From the NCBI GenBank assembly GCA_047971845.1, contig JBKEAB010000169.1:1385-65384 (forward strand): a stretch of 64,000 nucleotides of DNA, given 5' to 3'. Source of the DNA: Paracoccus sp. (in: a-proteobacteria) (GTDB lineage: Bacteria; Pseudomonadota; Alphaproteobacteria; Rhodobacterales; Rhodobacteraceae). The notes beneath the pieces are model-generated. The model made no database searches. It saw nothing but the letters and a program-made list of their open reading frames with translations, and was not told where the DNA came from. Below, in pieces: positions 8,814 to 18,085 of this stretch; within the stretch, counting starts at the first letter, position 1, and each line of letters opens with the position of its first letter. The translations under genes were made by a program, and so were the position numbers.

Positions 8814-11087
8814 TCAACCGTAACTGGACACATTGCTTCCGGCAAGCGCGGCAATATTGATCAGCCCGCGGACGGTAATGCCGGGGGTCACGATATGGGC
8901 CTGATTTTGCATACCCATCAGGATAGGCCCGACCTCCAGTCCGCCGGCAACAGAACGCAGCATATTGCGTGATGCGCTTGCGATTTCAGCATTGGCATAG
9001 ATCAGACCATTTGCCCGGCTGCTCAACCGGCCACCTGGGAAGAGCCGTTCACGCAATTCCGGATCAAGCGCAACATCTGCCGGCATTTCACCCTCATATT
9101 CGAAATCTGGGTTCATATCATCCAGCAGGTCCAGGGCCATCCGCATACTGCGACCGGTTTCTGTATCGAGATTTCCAAACTGGGAAGCAGAACAAAGCGC
9201 AATCCGCGGCTCAATCCCGAAGCGGCGAATATGACGGGCAGCCGCAATCACTGTCTCGGCAATCTGATATGGTGTCGGATTTTGGTGAACCTGCGTATCG
9301 GCAACGAATAACGGTCCGCGATCAAGGATGATTAGCGAAAGGGCCCCGACCGGATGGGCTTTATCACGGCCAAGGATTTCAGTGATGTACTTCAGATGCC
9401 AGCGATACTGACCGAAAGTCCCGCAGATCATGCTGTCGGCATCACCACGTTGCACCATCATGGCCGCAATTACAGTTGTATTCGTACGCAGGATGGCCCT
9501 GGCCAGATCCGGTGTTACCCCCCGCCGCCGCATAAGCTGATGATAATCAGACCAGTATTCGCGATAACGTGCGTCACTTTCAGGATTGATGATCTCGATC
9601 CCGTTCAGGTCCAGCCGTATCCCTTCACGCTCAAGGCGCTGTTCAATCACTTCGGGGCGACCGATCAGGATCGGAGTATCATGGCCGTCTTCAATCAGCT
9701 GACGGGCGGCATGCAGGATCCGGTCATCCTCGCCTTCGGCAAAAACCAGCCGCCGGTTGGCGACACGGTCCGCCTCAAATACCCGGCGCATGATATGATA
9801 GCTGCGATAGACCCGGCCATGCAGACGCCGTTCATAATCATCCAGATCCAGTTCTCGCGTGGCAACACCCGATTTGATTGCCGCACGCGCCACGGCCACG
9901 GCTATCGTCGGCAACAATCGCGGGTCAAAAGGTTTCGGGATCAGGTAATCAGGGCCAAAGGTCAGCTTTTCACCCCGATATGCCTGTCCGACCTCGGCTG
10001 ATGTCGCCTCGCGTGCAAGGGCAGCAATAGCTTCAACGCAAGCCACCTTCATCGCATCATTGATCTGTGTCGCCCCGGTATCGAGCGCACCACGGAAGAT
10101 AAATGGAAAGCACAGGACATTATTGACCTGATTGGGATAATCGCTGCGGCCGGTTGCAATCAGCGCATTCGGCGCAGCCTCCCGGGCATCTTCCGGCATG
10201 ATTTCAGGAGTTGGATTGGCAAGCGCGAAGATGATAGGATCCGGGGCCATCTGTCTGACCATGTCCTGCGTTAGCAGGCCCGGACCGGATACGCCAAGGA
10301 ACAGATCGGCACCTTCCATTGCCTCCATCGTGGTGCGCATTTCCGTGTCACGGGCAAATTCCAGCTTTTCAGGGTTCAGGTCATTACGCTGCGCATGCAC
10401 CACCCCTTTGCTGTCCAGCATGGTGATGTTTTCCTTGCGCACCCCCATGACTATCAGCATTTTCAGGCAGGCAATACCGGCCGCACCGGCACCAAGTGCC
10501 ACAACCCTGACATCTTCGAATTTCTTGCCCGAAAGCCACATGGCATTACTGGCTGCGGCTGCGGCCACGATGGCTGTGCCGTGCTGATCGTCATGGAAGA
10601 CCGGAATATTCATCCGCTCCTTGCACAGCCGCTCGATCAGAAAACAGTCCGGAGCCTTGATATCTTCCAGGTTCACAGCCCCGAATGTAGGCTCCAGTCT
10701 GCAAACGATATCGGCAAGCTTTTCGGGATCAGTCTCGTTCACCTCAATGTCAAAGCAATCGACACCGGCAAATTTCTTGAACAGAACCGCCTTGCCTTCC
10801 ATCACCGGCTTGGAGGCCTGTGCCCCGATATTGCCCAGCCCAAGCACAGCAGTGCCGTTCGATATCACGGCAACAAGGTTGCTTTTCGCCGTATAGCGCA
10901 TTGCATCAAGCGGGTTCTTTTCGATATCGAGGCAGGCTTCGGCCACCCCCGGCGAATAGGCATTGGACAGATCCCGCCCGGTATCCATCGGCTTTGTCGG
11001 ACGGATTTCCAGCTTTCCCGGTCTGGGAAATTCATGGTAATCCAGTGCTTCCTGACGGCGGTCATTGGCGATGTTATCGGCGGGCAT
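8814..11087 (-). CDS. maeB: NADP-dependent malic enzyme with PTA-like C-terminal domain
   Basis: AYSPGVA, GTAVLGLG, FHDDQHGT, GRSDYPNQVNN; C-terminal VFAEGED phosphotransacetylase-like domain. Start trimmed to 11087 after GAGGAGG. Confidence 0.95.
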   Translation of the reverse strand: MPADNIANDRRQEALDYHEFPRPGKLEIRPTKPMDTGRDLSNAYSPGVAEACLDIEKNPLDAMRYTAKSNLVAVISNGTAVLGLGNIGAQASKPVMEGKAVLFKKFAGVDCFDIEVNETDPEKLADIVCRLEPTFGAVNLEDIKAPDCFLIERLCKERMNIPVFHDDQHGTAIVAAAAASNAMWLSGKKFEDVRVVALGAGAAGIACLKMLIVMGVRKENITMLDSKGVVHAQRNDLNPEKLEFARDTEMRTTMEAMEGADLFLGVSGPGLLTQDMVRQMAPDPIIFALANPTPEIMPEDAREAAPNALIATGRSDYPNQVNNVLCFPFIFRGALDTGATQINDAMKVACVEAIAALAREATSAEVGQAYRGEKLTFGPDYLIPKPFDPRLLPTIAVAVARAAIKSGVATRELDLDDYERRLHGRVYRSYHIMRRVFEADRVANRRLVFAEGEDDRILHAARQLIEDGHDTPILIGRPEVIEQRLEREGIRLDLNGIEIINPESDARYREYWSDYHQLMRRRGVTPDLARAILRTNTTVIAAMMVQRGDADSMICGTFGQYRWHLKYITEILGRDKAHPVGALSLIILDRGPLFVADTQVHQNPTPYQIAETVIAAARHIRRFGIEPRIALCSASQFGNLDTETGRSMRMALDLLDDMNPDFEYEGEMPADVALDPELRERLFPGGRLSSRANGLIYANAEIASASRNMLRSVAGGLEVGPILMGMQNQAHIVTPGITVRGLINIAALAGSNVSSYG

Positions 11088-11295
11088 GCAATCCTCCTCT
11101 TTTGTCCTGCTCGTCTCTCCCGGTACCAATTCGGCATTTTTGCGACGTAATTTGCAATGGGTGATTTTCAGCTTCCATGATGGTCCGTCCGGACCCGGCT
11201 TCAGCCCATCACCATATCCTGGTTATCATCCTTGCCGATCTTGCCGCCCGCGCAATTTCCGATATGACTTGCTCAGAGATAAATGGAGACTGCCC

Positions 11296-12681
11296 ATGTC
11301 CGATTTCGATCTTGTTCTTTCGGGCCGTGTGATCCTGACCGAACGTGAGTTGCCGGCCGGATTCGTCGCAGTCCGCGATGGCAAGGTTGCCATGATCGGG
11401 GAAGGAAGCGCCCCTGCTGCGCGTGAACGTCACGATCTGGGTCAGGCTCTTATCCTGCCCGGTGCCGTGGATGCACAGGTTCATTCCCTGTCACAGAAGG
11501 GGGCTGAAGGATTTCCGGCCTCGACCGCTGCGGCTGCAGCCGGAGGGGTGACCACCATTGTCGACATGCCCTATGATGAGGGTGACCTGATCTGTTCGGC
11601 TGCGGCCGTCAACCGCAAGGCCGCGACCGCAAATATTGAGGCCCGTACAGATGTGGCGCTTTACGGCACTATAGATCCTGAAGAAGGCCCTGCCCGTATT
11701 GCCGAACAGGCCAAAGCCGGGGTGTGCGGCTTCAAGTTCTCAACCTTTGGAACCGATCCCAGACGTTTCCCGCGCATTCCTCCGGCACTTCTGATGTCCG
11801 CTTTTGCTGAAGTCGCGGGAACCGGGCTGGCCGCCGGTGTCCATAACGAAGACGACGCCTTCGTGCGCGATACCATCGCAGCTGTCGGGGCCACCGGCAT
11901 AACCGACTGGCGTGCCCATGGTTTATCACGCCCACCAATGACTGAAATCCTGGCACTGCTGCAAATCTATGAGACCGGGGCACAGACACTCTGCCCGGCC
12001 CATGTCGTGCATTGTTCGCTTGCACGCGGGTATGAGATTGCCCGGCGCTATCGGGGGGAAGGTCATGCTGCCACCATTGAATGCTGTATCCATTATCTGA
12101 CCCTGGATGAGGAAAACGATGTCGCCCGCCTTGGCGGTAAGGCCAAAATCAACCCGCCGATCCGCCCCCGATCCGAAGTCGAATCCCTTTGGCGACATGT
12201 TGCAGCAGGCAATGTATCAATGGTTTCCACCGATCATGTCAGCTGGTCCAAAGACCGGAAAACTCACCCGGACATGCTGAAAAATGCCTCGGGCGTACCG
12301 GGACTGGAGGTCATGGTGCCCCTGTTCATCAAGGGTGCATCCGAACGTGGTATTCCGCTGACCTGGGCTGCCCGGCTGATGGCAGAAAACCCGGCCCGAC
12401 ACTTCCGGCTGGATCATGCAAAGGGGGGTATCCGTACCGGTCGCGATGCCGATCTGACAGTACTTCAACCCATACCACAGGTTTACGACGCGCAGGCCAG
12501 TCGCCATTCCATTGCAGGCTGGTCACCATATGACGGAATGGAACTTCCATGGTCCGTCGCCGGCACATGGCTGCGCGGTCAGCAGATCTTTGATGGCAGG
12601 GATGTATTGGCATCGCCGGGTAACGGACGGTTCATCCGCCCTAGATACCCGCTTGGCACAAGGGTTCCGCTTCATGCGTAA
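11296..12681 (+). CDS. Cyclic amidohydrolase (allantoinase/hydantoinase family); candidate hydantoin-5-propionate amidohydrolase
   Basis: PGAVDAQVH, AAAGGVTTIVDMP, GFKF, VHNE, HVVH, KINPPIR, STDH; ATG at 11296 after GGAG. Confidence 0.85.
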   Translation: MSDFDLVLSGRVILTERELPAGFVAVRDGKVAMIGEGSAPAARERHDLGQALILPGAVDAQVHSLSQKGAEGFPASTAAAAAGGVTTIVDMPYDEGDLICSAAAVNRKAATANIEARTDVALYGTIDPEEGPARIAEQAKAGVCGFKFSTFGTDPRRFPRIPPALLMSAFAEVAGTGLAAGVHNEDDAFVRDTIAAVGATGITDWRAHGLSRPPMTEILALLQIYETGAQTLCPAHVVHCSLARGYEIARRYRGEGHAATIECCIHYLTLDEENDVARLGGKAKINPPIRPRSEVESLWRHVAAGNVSMVSTDHVSWSKDRKTHPDMLKNASGVPGLEVMVPLFIKGASERGIPLTWAARLMAENPARHFRLDHAKGGIRTGRDADLTVLQPIPQVYDAQASRHSIAGWSPYDGMELPWSVAGTWLRGQQIFDGRDVLASPGNGRFIRPRYPLGTRVPLHA

Positions 12682-13909
12682 TCTTCGTGTCGACATTGAC
12701 CGAATTGGTACGGATCTCGAAGCCATGTCAAGGATTGCCGACCCGGGGCAGCCTTGGACACGACGGGCATTCTCCCCTCGTTTTGGTGAGGGGCGCAACT
12801 GGCTGCATGCACGCTTCACCGAGGCCGGGCTGAACACGTCTCTGGATACCGGCGGCAATTTGATCGGCACCCGCAAGGGGCGCAGTCCCAGGGCGGGAAC
12901 AATCATGCTGGGCAGCCATTCGGATACTGTTCCCGATGGCGGACGCTTTGACGGGATTGCAGGTGTCATTGCGGCACTTGAGGTTGCACGGACTCTGGAT
13001 GAACACGGAATTACCCTGAATCACGATATTGCCATTGTAGATTTTCTGGCGGAAGAGGTGTCTGTCTTCGGGGTGTCCTGTATCGGATCACGCAGTATGG
13101 CAGGTATCCTGCCTCAAGACTGGTTATTACTGACCCACGAAGGCCGCACACTGAAACAGGCGATACACGACACGGGTGGAAAGCCCGACAGAAACATGGC
13201 CCGCGATGATATCCGCGCCTTTCTGGAATTGCATATTGAACAGGGACCGGTTCTGGAAACTGAAGGAACCGATCTGGGGATTGTGACCGCCATTGCGGGA
13301 ATCGAACGGATCGAGATCATCCTGACAGGCCGTCCGGATCACGCCGGTACCACGCCGATGGCAGGGCGTGCCGATGCTCTCGTCGCAGCATCTGCTCTCG
13401 TCTCCGATATTGATTCCGAAGCACAGCGGCGTGCCTCCGCCCCCGGACATTTTACAGCCACCACAGGCGAATTCGATATCTCACCCGGAGCTGCCAATGT
13501 CGTGGCGGGACGCGTCCGGATGCTGATTGATGTACGTGCTTCCGGACGGATGGCAATGGAGGATTTCCTTCGCTGGGTCGAAAGCCGTCTGACCGCCCTG
13601 CCTGTTGGCATCACGGCTGAATCACGGCTGTTATCGGACAACCATCCGACACCGATGGATGCGAATATTATTGCCACACTGGAAACCGCGGCCGAAACAT
13701 GTGGTGCAAGCTATCGTCATATGGTTTCGGGGGCCGGCCATGACGCTGCGTTCATGGCAAGGATCTCCCCGGCTGCAATGATATTCATCCCCAGCAAAAA
13801 CGGGCGCTCACACTGCCCGGAAGAATTCAGCAAGACCGAGGATATTGCCCTCGGTGCCGAGGTGCTGACCGAAGCTGTCATCGCCCTCGACAGACAGAAA
13901 GGAGAATGA
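12674..13909 (+). CDS. Zn-dependent N-carbamoyl-L-amino-acid amidohydrolase (M20 family)
   Basis: GSHSDTVPDGGRFDG, AEE, LELHIEQGPVL, DHAGTTPM, SGAGHDA, SHCPEE; start overlaps the upstream stop. Confidence 0.9.
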   Translation: MRNLRVDIDRIGTDLEAMSRIADPGQPWTRRAFSPRFGEGRNWLHARFTEAGLNTSLDTGGNLIGTRKGRSPRAGTIMLGSHSDTVPDGGRFDGIAGVIAALEVARTLDEHGITLNHDIAIVDFLAEEVSVFGVSCIGSRSMAGILPQDWLLLTHEGRTLKQAIHDTGGKPDRNMARDDIRAFLELHIEQGPVLETEGTDLGIVTAIAGIERIEIILTGRPDHAGTTPMAGRADALVAASALVSDIDSEAQRRASAPGHFTATTGEFDISPGAANVVAGRVRMLIDVRASGRMAMEDFLRWVESRLTALPVGITAESRLLSDNHPTPMDANIIATLETAAETCGASYRHMVSGAGHDAAFMARISPAAMIFIPSKNGRSHCPEEFSKTEDIALGAEVLTEAVIALDRQKGE

Positions 13910-13910
13910 G

Positions 13911-15011
13911 ATGCGTCGTATTCTGACCGAAAAGGATGTCGAACCAGCTGTCCGGGGTGGCTCCGTCTATGCTGCCGGTGGTGGAGGCTGGGCCGACCAT
14001 GGCCGGATGCTGGGTTATGCTGCGGTCAAAGCCGGCGCACCTGAGCTGGTATCCATTGATGAGCTGGATGGAAACGACTGGGTTGCAACCGCCGCTGCCA
14101 TCGGCGCCCCCGCATCAACGACACCATGGGAAATGCGCGGAACCGACTATATCAAAGCCGTAGAAATGCTGAACAAAGCGCTCGGGGTGCCGGTTGCCGG
14201 ATTGATGGTCGGACAGAACGGGAAATCATCGACACTGAACGGCTGGTTGCCATCGGCCATCCTGGGCTGCAAGGTTATTGATGCGGTTGGTGATATCCGT
14301 GCCCATCCAACCGGCGATATGGGGTCTATCGGCATGGCCGGATCACCTGAACCCATGATCCAGACAGCCGTTGGCGGAAACCGTGAACAAAACCGCTATA
14401 TCGAACTGGTAACGCGCGGGGCGACAGCGAAGATTTCGCCCATCCTGCGCACTGCGGCAGATATGTCCGGCGGGTTTATCGCATCGGCACGAAATCCACT
14501 CCGGGCATCCTATGTTGCAGGGAATGCCGCATTAGGCGGGATTTCCATGGCCCTTGATCTGGGTCACGCCATCATAGCCACCGAAACAAAGGGACCCGCC
14601 GCAATGATTGACACCATCGTTGACAGGACCGGTGGAACTATTCTGGCCGAAGCCAGGGTGACGGCCAAGGATGTCATCTATACCAGTGAAGCCTTCGATA
14701 TCGGCACTGTCACCGTGGGACACGGAGACAAGGCCCTGACCCTGCATGTCATGAATGAGTATATGGGCATCGACGATGCCGGAGGCACCCGGATCGCATC
14801 CTTCCCCGATGTTATCACCACCCTTTCACAAGAGGCTGAGCCTCTTTCCGTCGGTCAGCTTGAGGTCGGCATGAAGATCCATATTCTGCATGTTCCGAAA
14901 TCAATCATCCCGCTAAGCGCAAGTGTACTTGATCCCTCTGTTTATCCGCCCTGTGAACGCGCAATGGGAATTGAACTTGCACGATATGCTCTGGAGGGAA
15001 CCGATGCCTAG
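13911..15011 (+). CDS. DUF917 family protein; candidate thiohydantoin desulfurase
   Basis: GGSVYAAGGGG, IGAP, DAVGDIRAHP and MNEY...FPDVI pattern of DUF917. Confidence 0.8.
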   Translation: MRRILTEKDVEPAVRGGSVYAAGGGGWADHGRMLGYAAVKAGAPELVSIDELDGNDWVATAAAIGAPASTTPWEMRGTDYIKAVEMLNKALGVPVAGLMVGQNGKSSTLNGWLPSAILGCKVIDAVGDIRAHPTGDMGSIGMAGSPEPMIQTAVGGNREQNRYIELVTRGATAKISPILRTAADMSGGFIASARNPLRASYVAGNAALGGISMALDLGHAIIATETKGPAAMIDTIVDRTGGTILAEARVTAKDVIYTSEAFDIGTVTVGHGDKALTLHVMNEYMGIDDAGGTRIASFPDVITTLSQEAEPLSVGQLEVGMKIHILHVPKSIIPLSASVLDPSVYPPCERAMGIELARYALEGTDA

Positions 15012-16668
15012 ACCCAATCCCCGGCATCCTGACTTCCCGATCCCCGGCGGCCCGGAACAACGTGCGAAAAGCTGGCGTGCCGAAGGCCTGCTGCGGCTGA
15101 TGGAAAACGTCCTTGCCGTAGGCGAATCCCCTGACAAGCTGATCGTCTATGCCGCTCTGGGCCGCGCAGCACGCAACTGGCCGGCACATGATGCCATCGT
15201 GAAGACCCTTCTGGAAATGGACGAGGACCAGACCCTTGTCATCCAGTCCGGCAAGCCGGTGGGGCTGCTGAAGACCTCTGCAACAGCTCCGATGGTCATC
15301 ATGGCAAATTGCAACATGGTCGGACAATGGGCCAGGGCGGATGTCTTCTATGATCTTGAACGCAAGGGACTGATATGCTGGGGCGGACTGACTGCCGGAG
15401 CCTGGCAATACATCGGCTCGCAGGGTGTCATTCAGGGCACCTATGAAATCTTCATGCGCATTGCAGAGCGCCGGTTCGGCGGTTCCCTGAAGGGACGCTT
15501 TATCCTGACAGCCGGACTTGGTGGTATGGGCGGTGCACAGCCGCTTGCCGGGCGCATGGCTGGTGCTACAATCCTGTGTGTTGATGTTGATCCGGCCCGA
15601 GCACAAATGCGAAAGGAGATCGGCTTTCTGGACGAAATTGCCCCTGATCTGGATACGGCCCTGACAATGATTGACGAGGCACGGGCCGAAGGTCGGGCGC
15701 TGTCGGTTGCGCTGACCGGTAATGCTGCCGAAATCTATCCCGAGATCGCCGCCCGCGGGATTGTGCCGGATATCGTAACGGATCAGACCTCGGCACATGA
15801 TCTGGTCTATGGTTACGTCCCTGCCGGATATGATCTGGACCGTGTAGGCCGGCTGCGCGACCAGAACCCCGAAGAGCTGATCGAGGAAGGCCGTAAATCC
15901 ATTGCCCGCCATGTCGGCGCCATGCTGGAGTTTCAGAAAAACGGGGCAGAGGTCTTTGACAATGGCAACCTGATCCGTACCCAGGCACAGCTGGGCGGGA
16001 TTAGTGATGCATTCGACATTCCCATTTTTACCGAAGCCTACCTTCGCCCACTTTTCGCCCGCGCCATAGGTCCCTTTCGCTGGATGGCCCTTTCGGGGGA
16101 AGCCGACGATATCCGCAAGATTGACGATCTGGTGTTGCAGATGTTCCCCGGCAACCGGATAGTCACCAACTGGATCCGTCTGGCCCGTGAAAATATCCCA
16201 TTCGAGGGCCTGCCTGCCCGTATTGCATGGCTGGGACATGGTGAACGCACGGCTCTCTCCCGTGCTGTCAACGAGATGGTCGCGGATGGTACACTGGCAG
16301 GACCTGTTGCATTTTCACGCGATCACCTGGACGCTGGTGCCATGGCCCATCCCAATATCATGACCGAAAACATGCGCGACGGATCGGATGCCATTGCCGA
16401 CTGGCCGCTTCTGGATGCCATGACGCTTTGTGCATCAGGTGCCGATCTCGTTGCCATTCATTCCGGCGGGGGCGGCTATGCCGGTTACATGACCTCTGCC
16501 GGGGTGACGGTCGTGGCAGACGGAACCAATGCGGCCGATATACGGTTGGACCGGGCACTGACCAATGACACATCACTGGGGATTATCCGTTATGCCGATG
16601 CAGGTTATGACGAGGCTCTTGACGAAGCCGAAGGAAAACAGGTGGGTCATATCAGGCTGAACGGCTGA
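15004..16668 (+). CDS. Urocanate hydratase-like enzyme (divergent; candidate thiourocanate hydratase)
   Basis: AARNW, QSGKPVG, YIGSQG.IQGTYE, TAGLGGMGGAQPLA, TDQTSAHD, GPFRW, RDHLD, DAIADWP. ATG at 15004 after GGAGGG. Confidence 0.9.
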   Translation: MPRPNPRHPDFPIPGGPEQRAKSWRAEGLLRLMENVLAVGESPDKLIVYAALGRAARNWPAHDAIVKTLLEMDEDQTLVIQSGKPVGLLKTSATAPMVIMANCNMVGQWARADVFYDLERKGLICWGGLTAGAWQYIGSQGVIQGTYEIFMRIAERRFGGSLKGRFILTAGLGGMGGAQPLAGRMAGATILCVDVDPARAQMRKEIGFLDEIAPDLDTALTMIDEARAEGRALSVALTGNAAEIYPEIAARGIVPDIVTDQTSAHDLVYGYVPAGYDLDRVGRLRDQNPEELIEEGRKSIARHVGAMLEFQKNGAEVFDNGNLIRTQAQLGGISDAFDIPIFTEAYLRPLFARAIGPFRWMALSGEADDIRKIDDLVLQMFPGNRIVTNWIRLARENIPFEGLPARIAWLGHGERTALSRAVNEMVADGTLAGPVAFSRDHLDAGAMAHPNIMTENMRDGSDAIADWPLLDAMTLCASGADLVAIHSGGGGYAGYMTSAGVTVVADGTNAADIRLDRALTNDTSLGIIRYADAGYDEALDEAEGKQVGHIRLNG

Positions 16669-16840
16669 TTCCTGACTGCGGCAAAGCATGGCAGAGACGG
16701 CATGGATTTCATACCGGCCTGCCACACCTTCCCGGAACCGTTTGGATTTCGTTTGGGATTGGCCCCTTATACGGCCAGATATGATTCTAGGTCGGTCCGG
16801 CCAATGACCAAAGTGATATGCAACCAGTGTTTACCCGCCC

Positions 16841-18082
16841 ATGACAAACCCTGTTTCCGATCATCCGATACGCCGGATACCTGCCATGGCAGTATTACTG
16901 GCCTTGTTCTTCTGTCCGGGTACTCCGGCAATGTCACAGATGGGACCGGGTCCGGGCACCGGGATAGGCACACGCGGCCCCACAGAAGTCGGCACCATGA
17001 CCATTTCCCGGACCGATGTCCCTGTCACGGTCGAACTTCCCGGCCGTGCTGTCGCCTATCAGATGGCGGCAATCCGCCCCAAGGTCGGCGGAGAGATCAC
17101 CGCCATCCCTTATGAGGCCGGAACGGTTGTCGAACCCGGAACATTGCTGTTCCAACTGGAAGATGAAACCCTGGCCGCAGAGCTGACGGCAGCCGAAGTT
17201 GCCGTGACATCGGCAGAATCTGCCCTGACCGGGGCTGAGACAACAGTTGACCGTTACCGTAAGCTTTCCGGCTCCGGCGTCAGCCGGGCCGATCTGGACG
17301 ATGCCGTGGTTGCCCTCGCCGCAGCCAAGGCCAGCCTCAGCGCGGCTGAATCACAACGAGATCTGGCCCGGCTGGCATTACAGCGAACCGATATTATCAG
17401 CCCCATTCACGGTGTTGTTGCCGTATCTCCCTTCAGTGTCGGTGATATTGTCAACGCCGGACAATCAGATGCCCTGACGGAAGTGATGCAAATTGACCCG
17501 ATCTATGTTGATGTCTCGGAATCACGGGCCCGGATTTTGCGTCATCAGCAGAGTATGGCTGAAGGCAGCCTGCAACGAACCAGTGTTCCCGGCAATGCCC
17601 GCCTAACACTGGAAACCGGTGAAACCTACCCCCTGCCCGGCCAGGTACTGAACCCGGGAGCCCAGGTATCTGCCACCACCGGGACTATCCCGATCCGCCT
17701 GCAATTTGCCAATCCGGATCGCCTCATCCTGCCCGGTCAGTTTGTGCGCGTGACACTGAGCATCGGGCAGATCAATGCCTTCCTCGTCCCACAAAGGGCA
17801 ACCAGCCGGTCTGCCAGTGGCGAAATGACGGCCTTTGTCGTCAGGGATGGCAAGGCCGTAAAGGTTGCGCTGACCGAAGCAGGCACCCATGAAAACGCCT
17901 GGATCGTCACCGATGGCCTGACAGAAGGCGATGCACTGGTTCTTGACGGCCTGCGCAACCTTCAGGACGGCACCGAAGTCACCACCGTTCCGGTCATCAT
18001 TGATGCCGAAGGCGTTGTCCGTGATGCCGGCAAAGGGTCTGATACCGTACCGGACGGGTCCACTCAGGCAGTTGGCGGCTGA
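16841..18082 (+). CDS. RND efflux periplasmic adaptor (AcrA-like)
   Basis: ELPGR...IRPKVGG, ISPIHG, QIDPIYVD, LILPGQFVR and LVPQRA motifs. Confidence 0.92.
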   Translation: MTNPVSDHPIRRIPAMAVLLALFFCPGTPAMSQMGPGPGTGIGTRGPTEVGTMTISRTDVPVTVELPGRAVAYQMAAIRPKVGGEITAIPYEAGTVVEPGTLLFQLEDETLAAELTAAEVAVTSAESALTGAETTVDRYRKLSGSGVSRADLDDAVVALAAAKASLSAAESQRDLARLALQRTDIISPIHGVVAVSPFSVGDIVNAGQSDALTEVMQIDPIYVDVSESRARILRHQQSMAEGSLQRTSVPGNARLTLETGETYPLPGQVLNPGAQVSATTGTIPIRLQFANPDRLILPGQFVRVTLSIGQINAFLVPQRATSRSASGEMTAFVVRDGKAVKVALTEAGTHENAWIVTDGLTEGDALVLDGLRNLQDGTEVTTVPVIIDAEGVVRDAGKGSDTVPDGSTQAVGG

Positions 18083-18085
18083 ACC

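Noticed and set aside
14905..16239. 444-aa minus-strand ORF
   Set aside because: It is antisense to the urocanase-like gene and has no domain signature.
11296..16668. Canonical histidine (hut) or allantoin utilisation operon
   Set aside because: There is no hutH/hutI/hutG/hutC or other purine catabolic gene, and DUF917 plus the divergent urocanase fit thiourocanate catabolism better.
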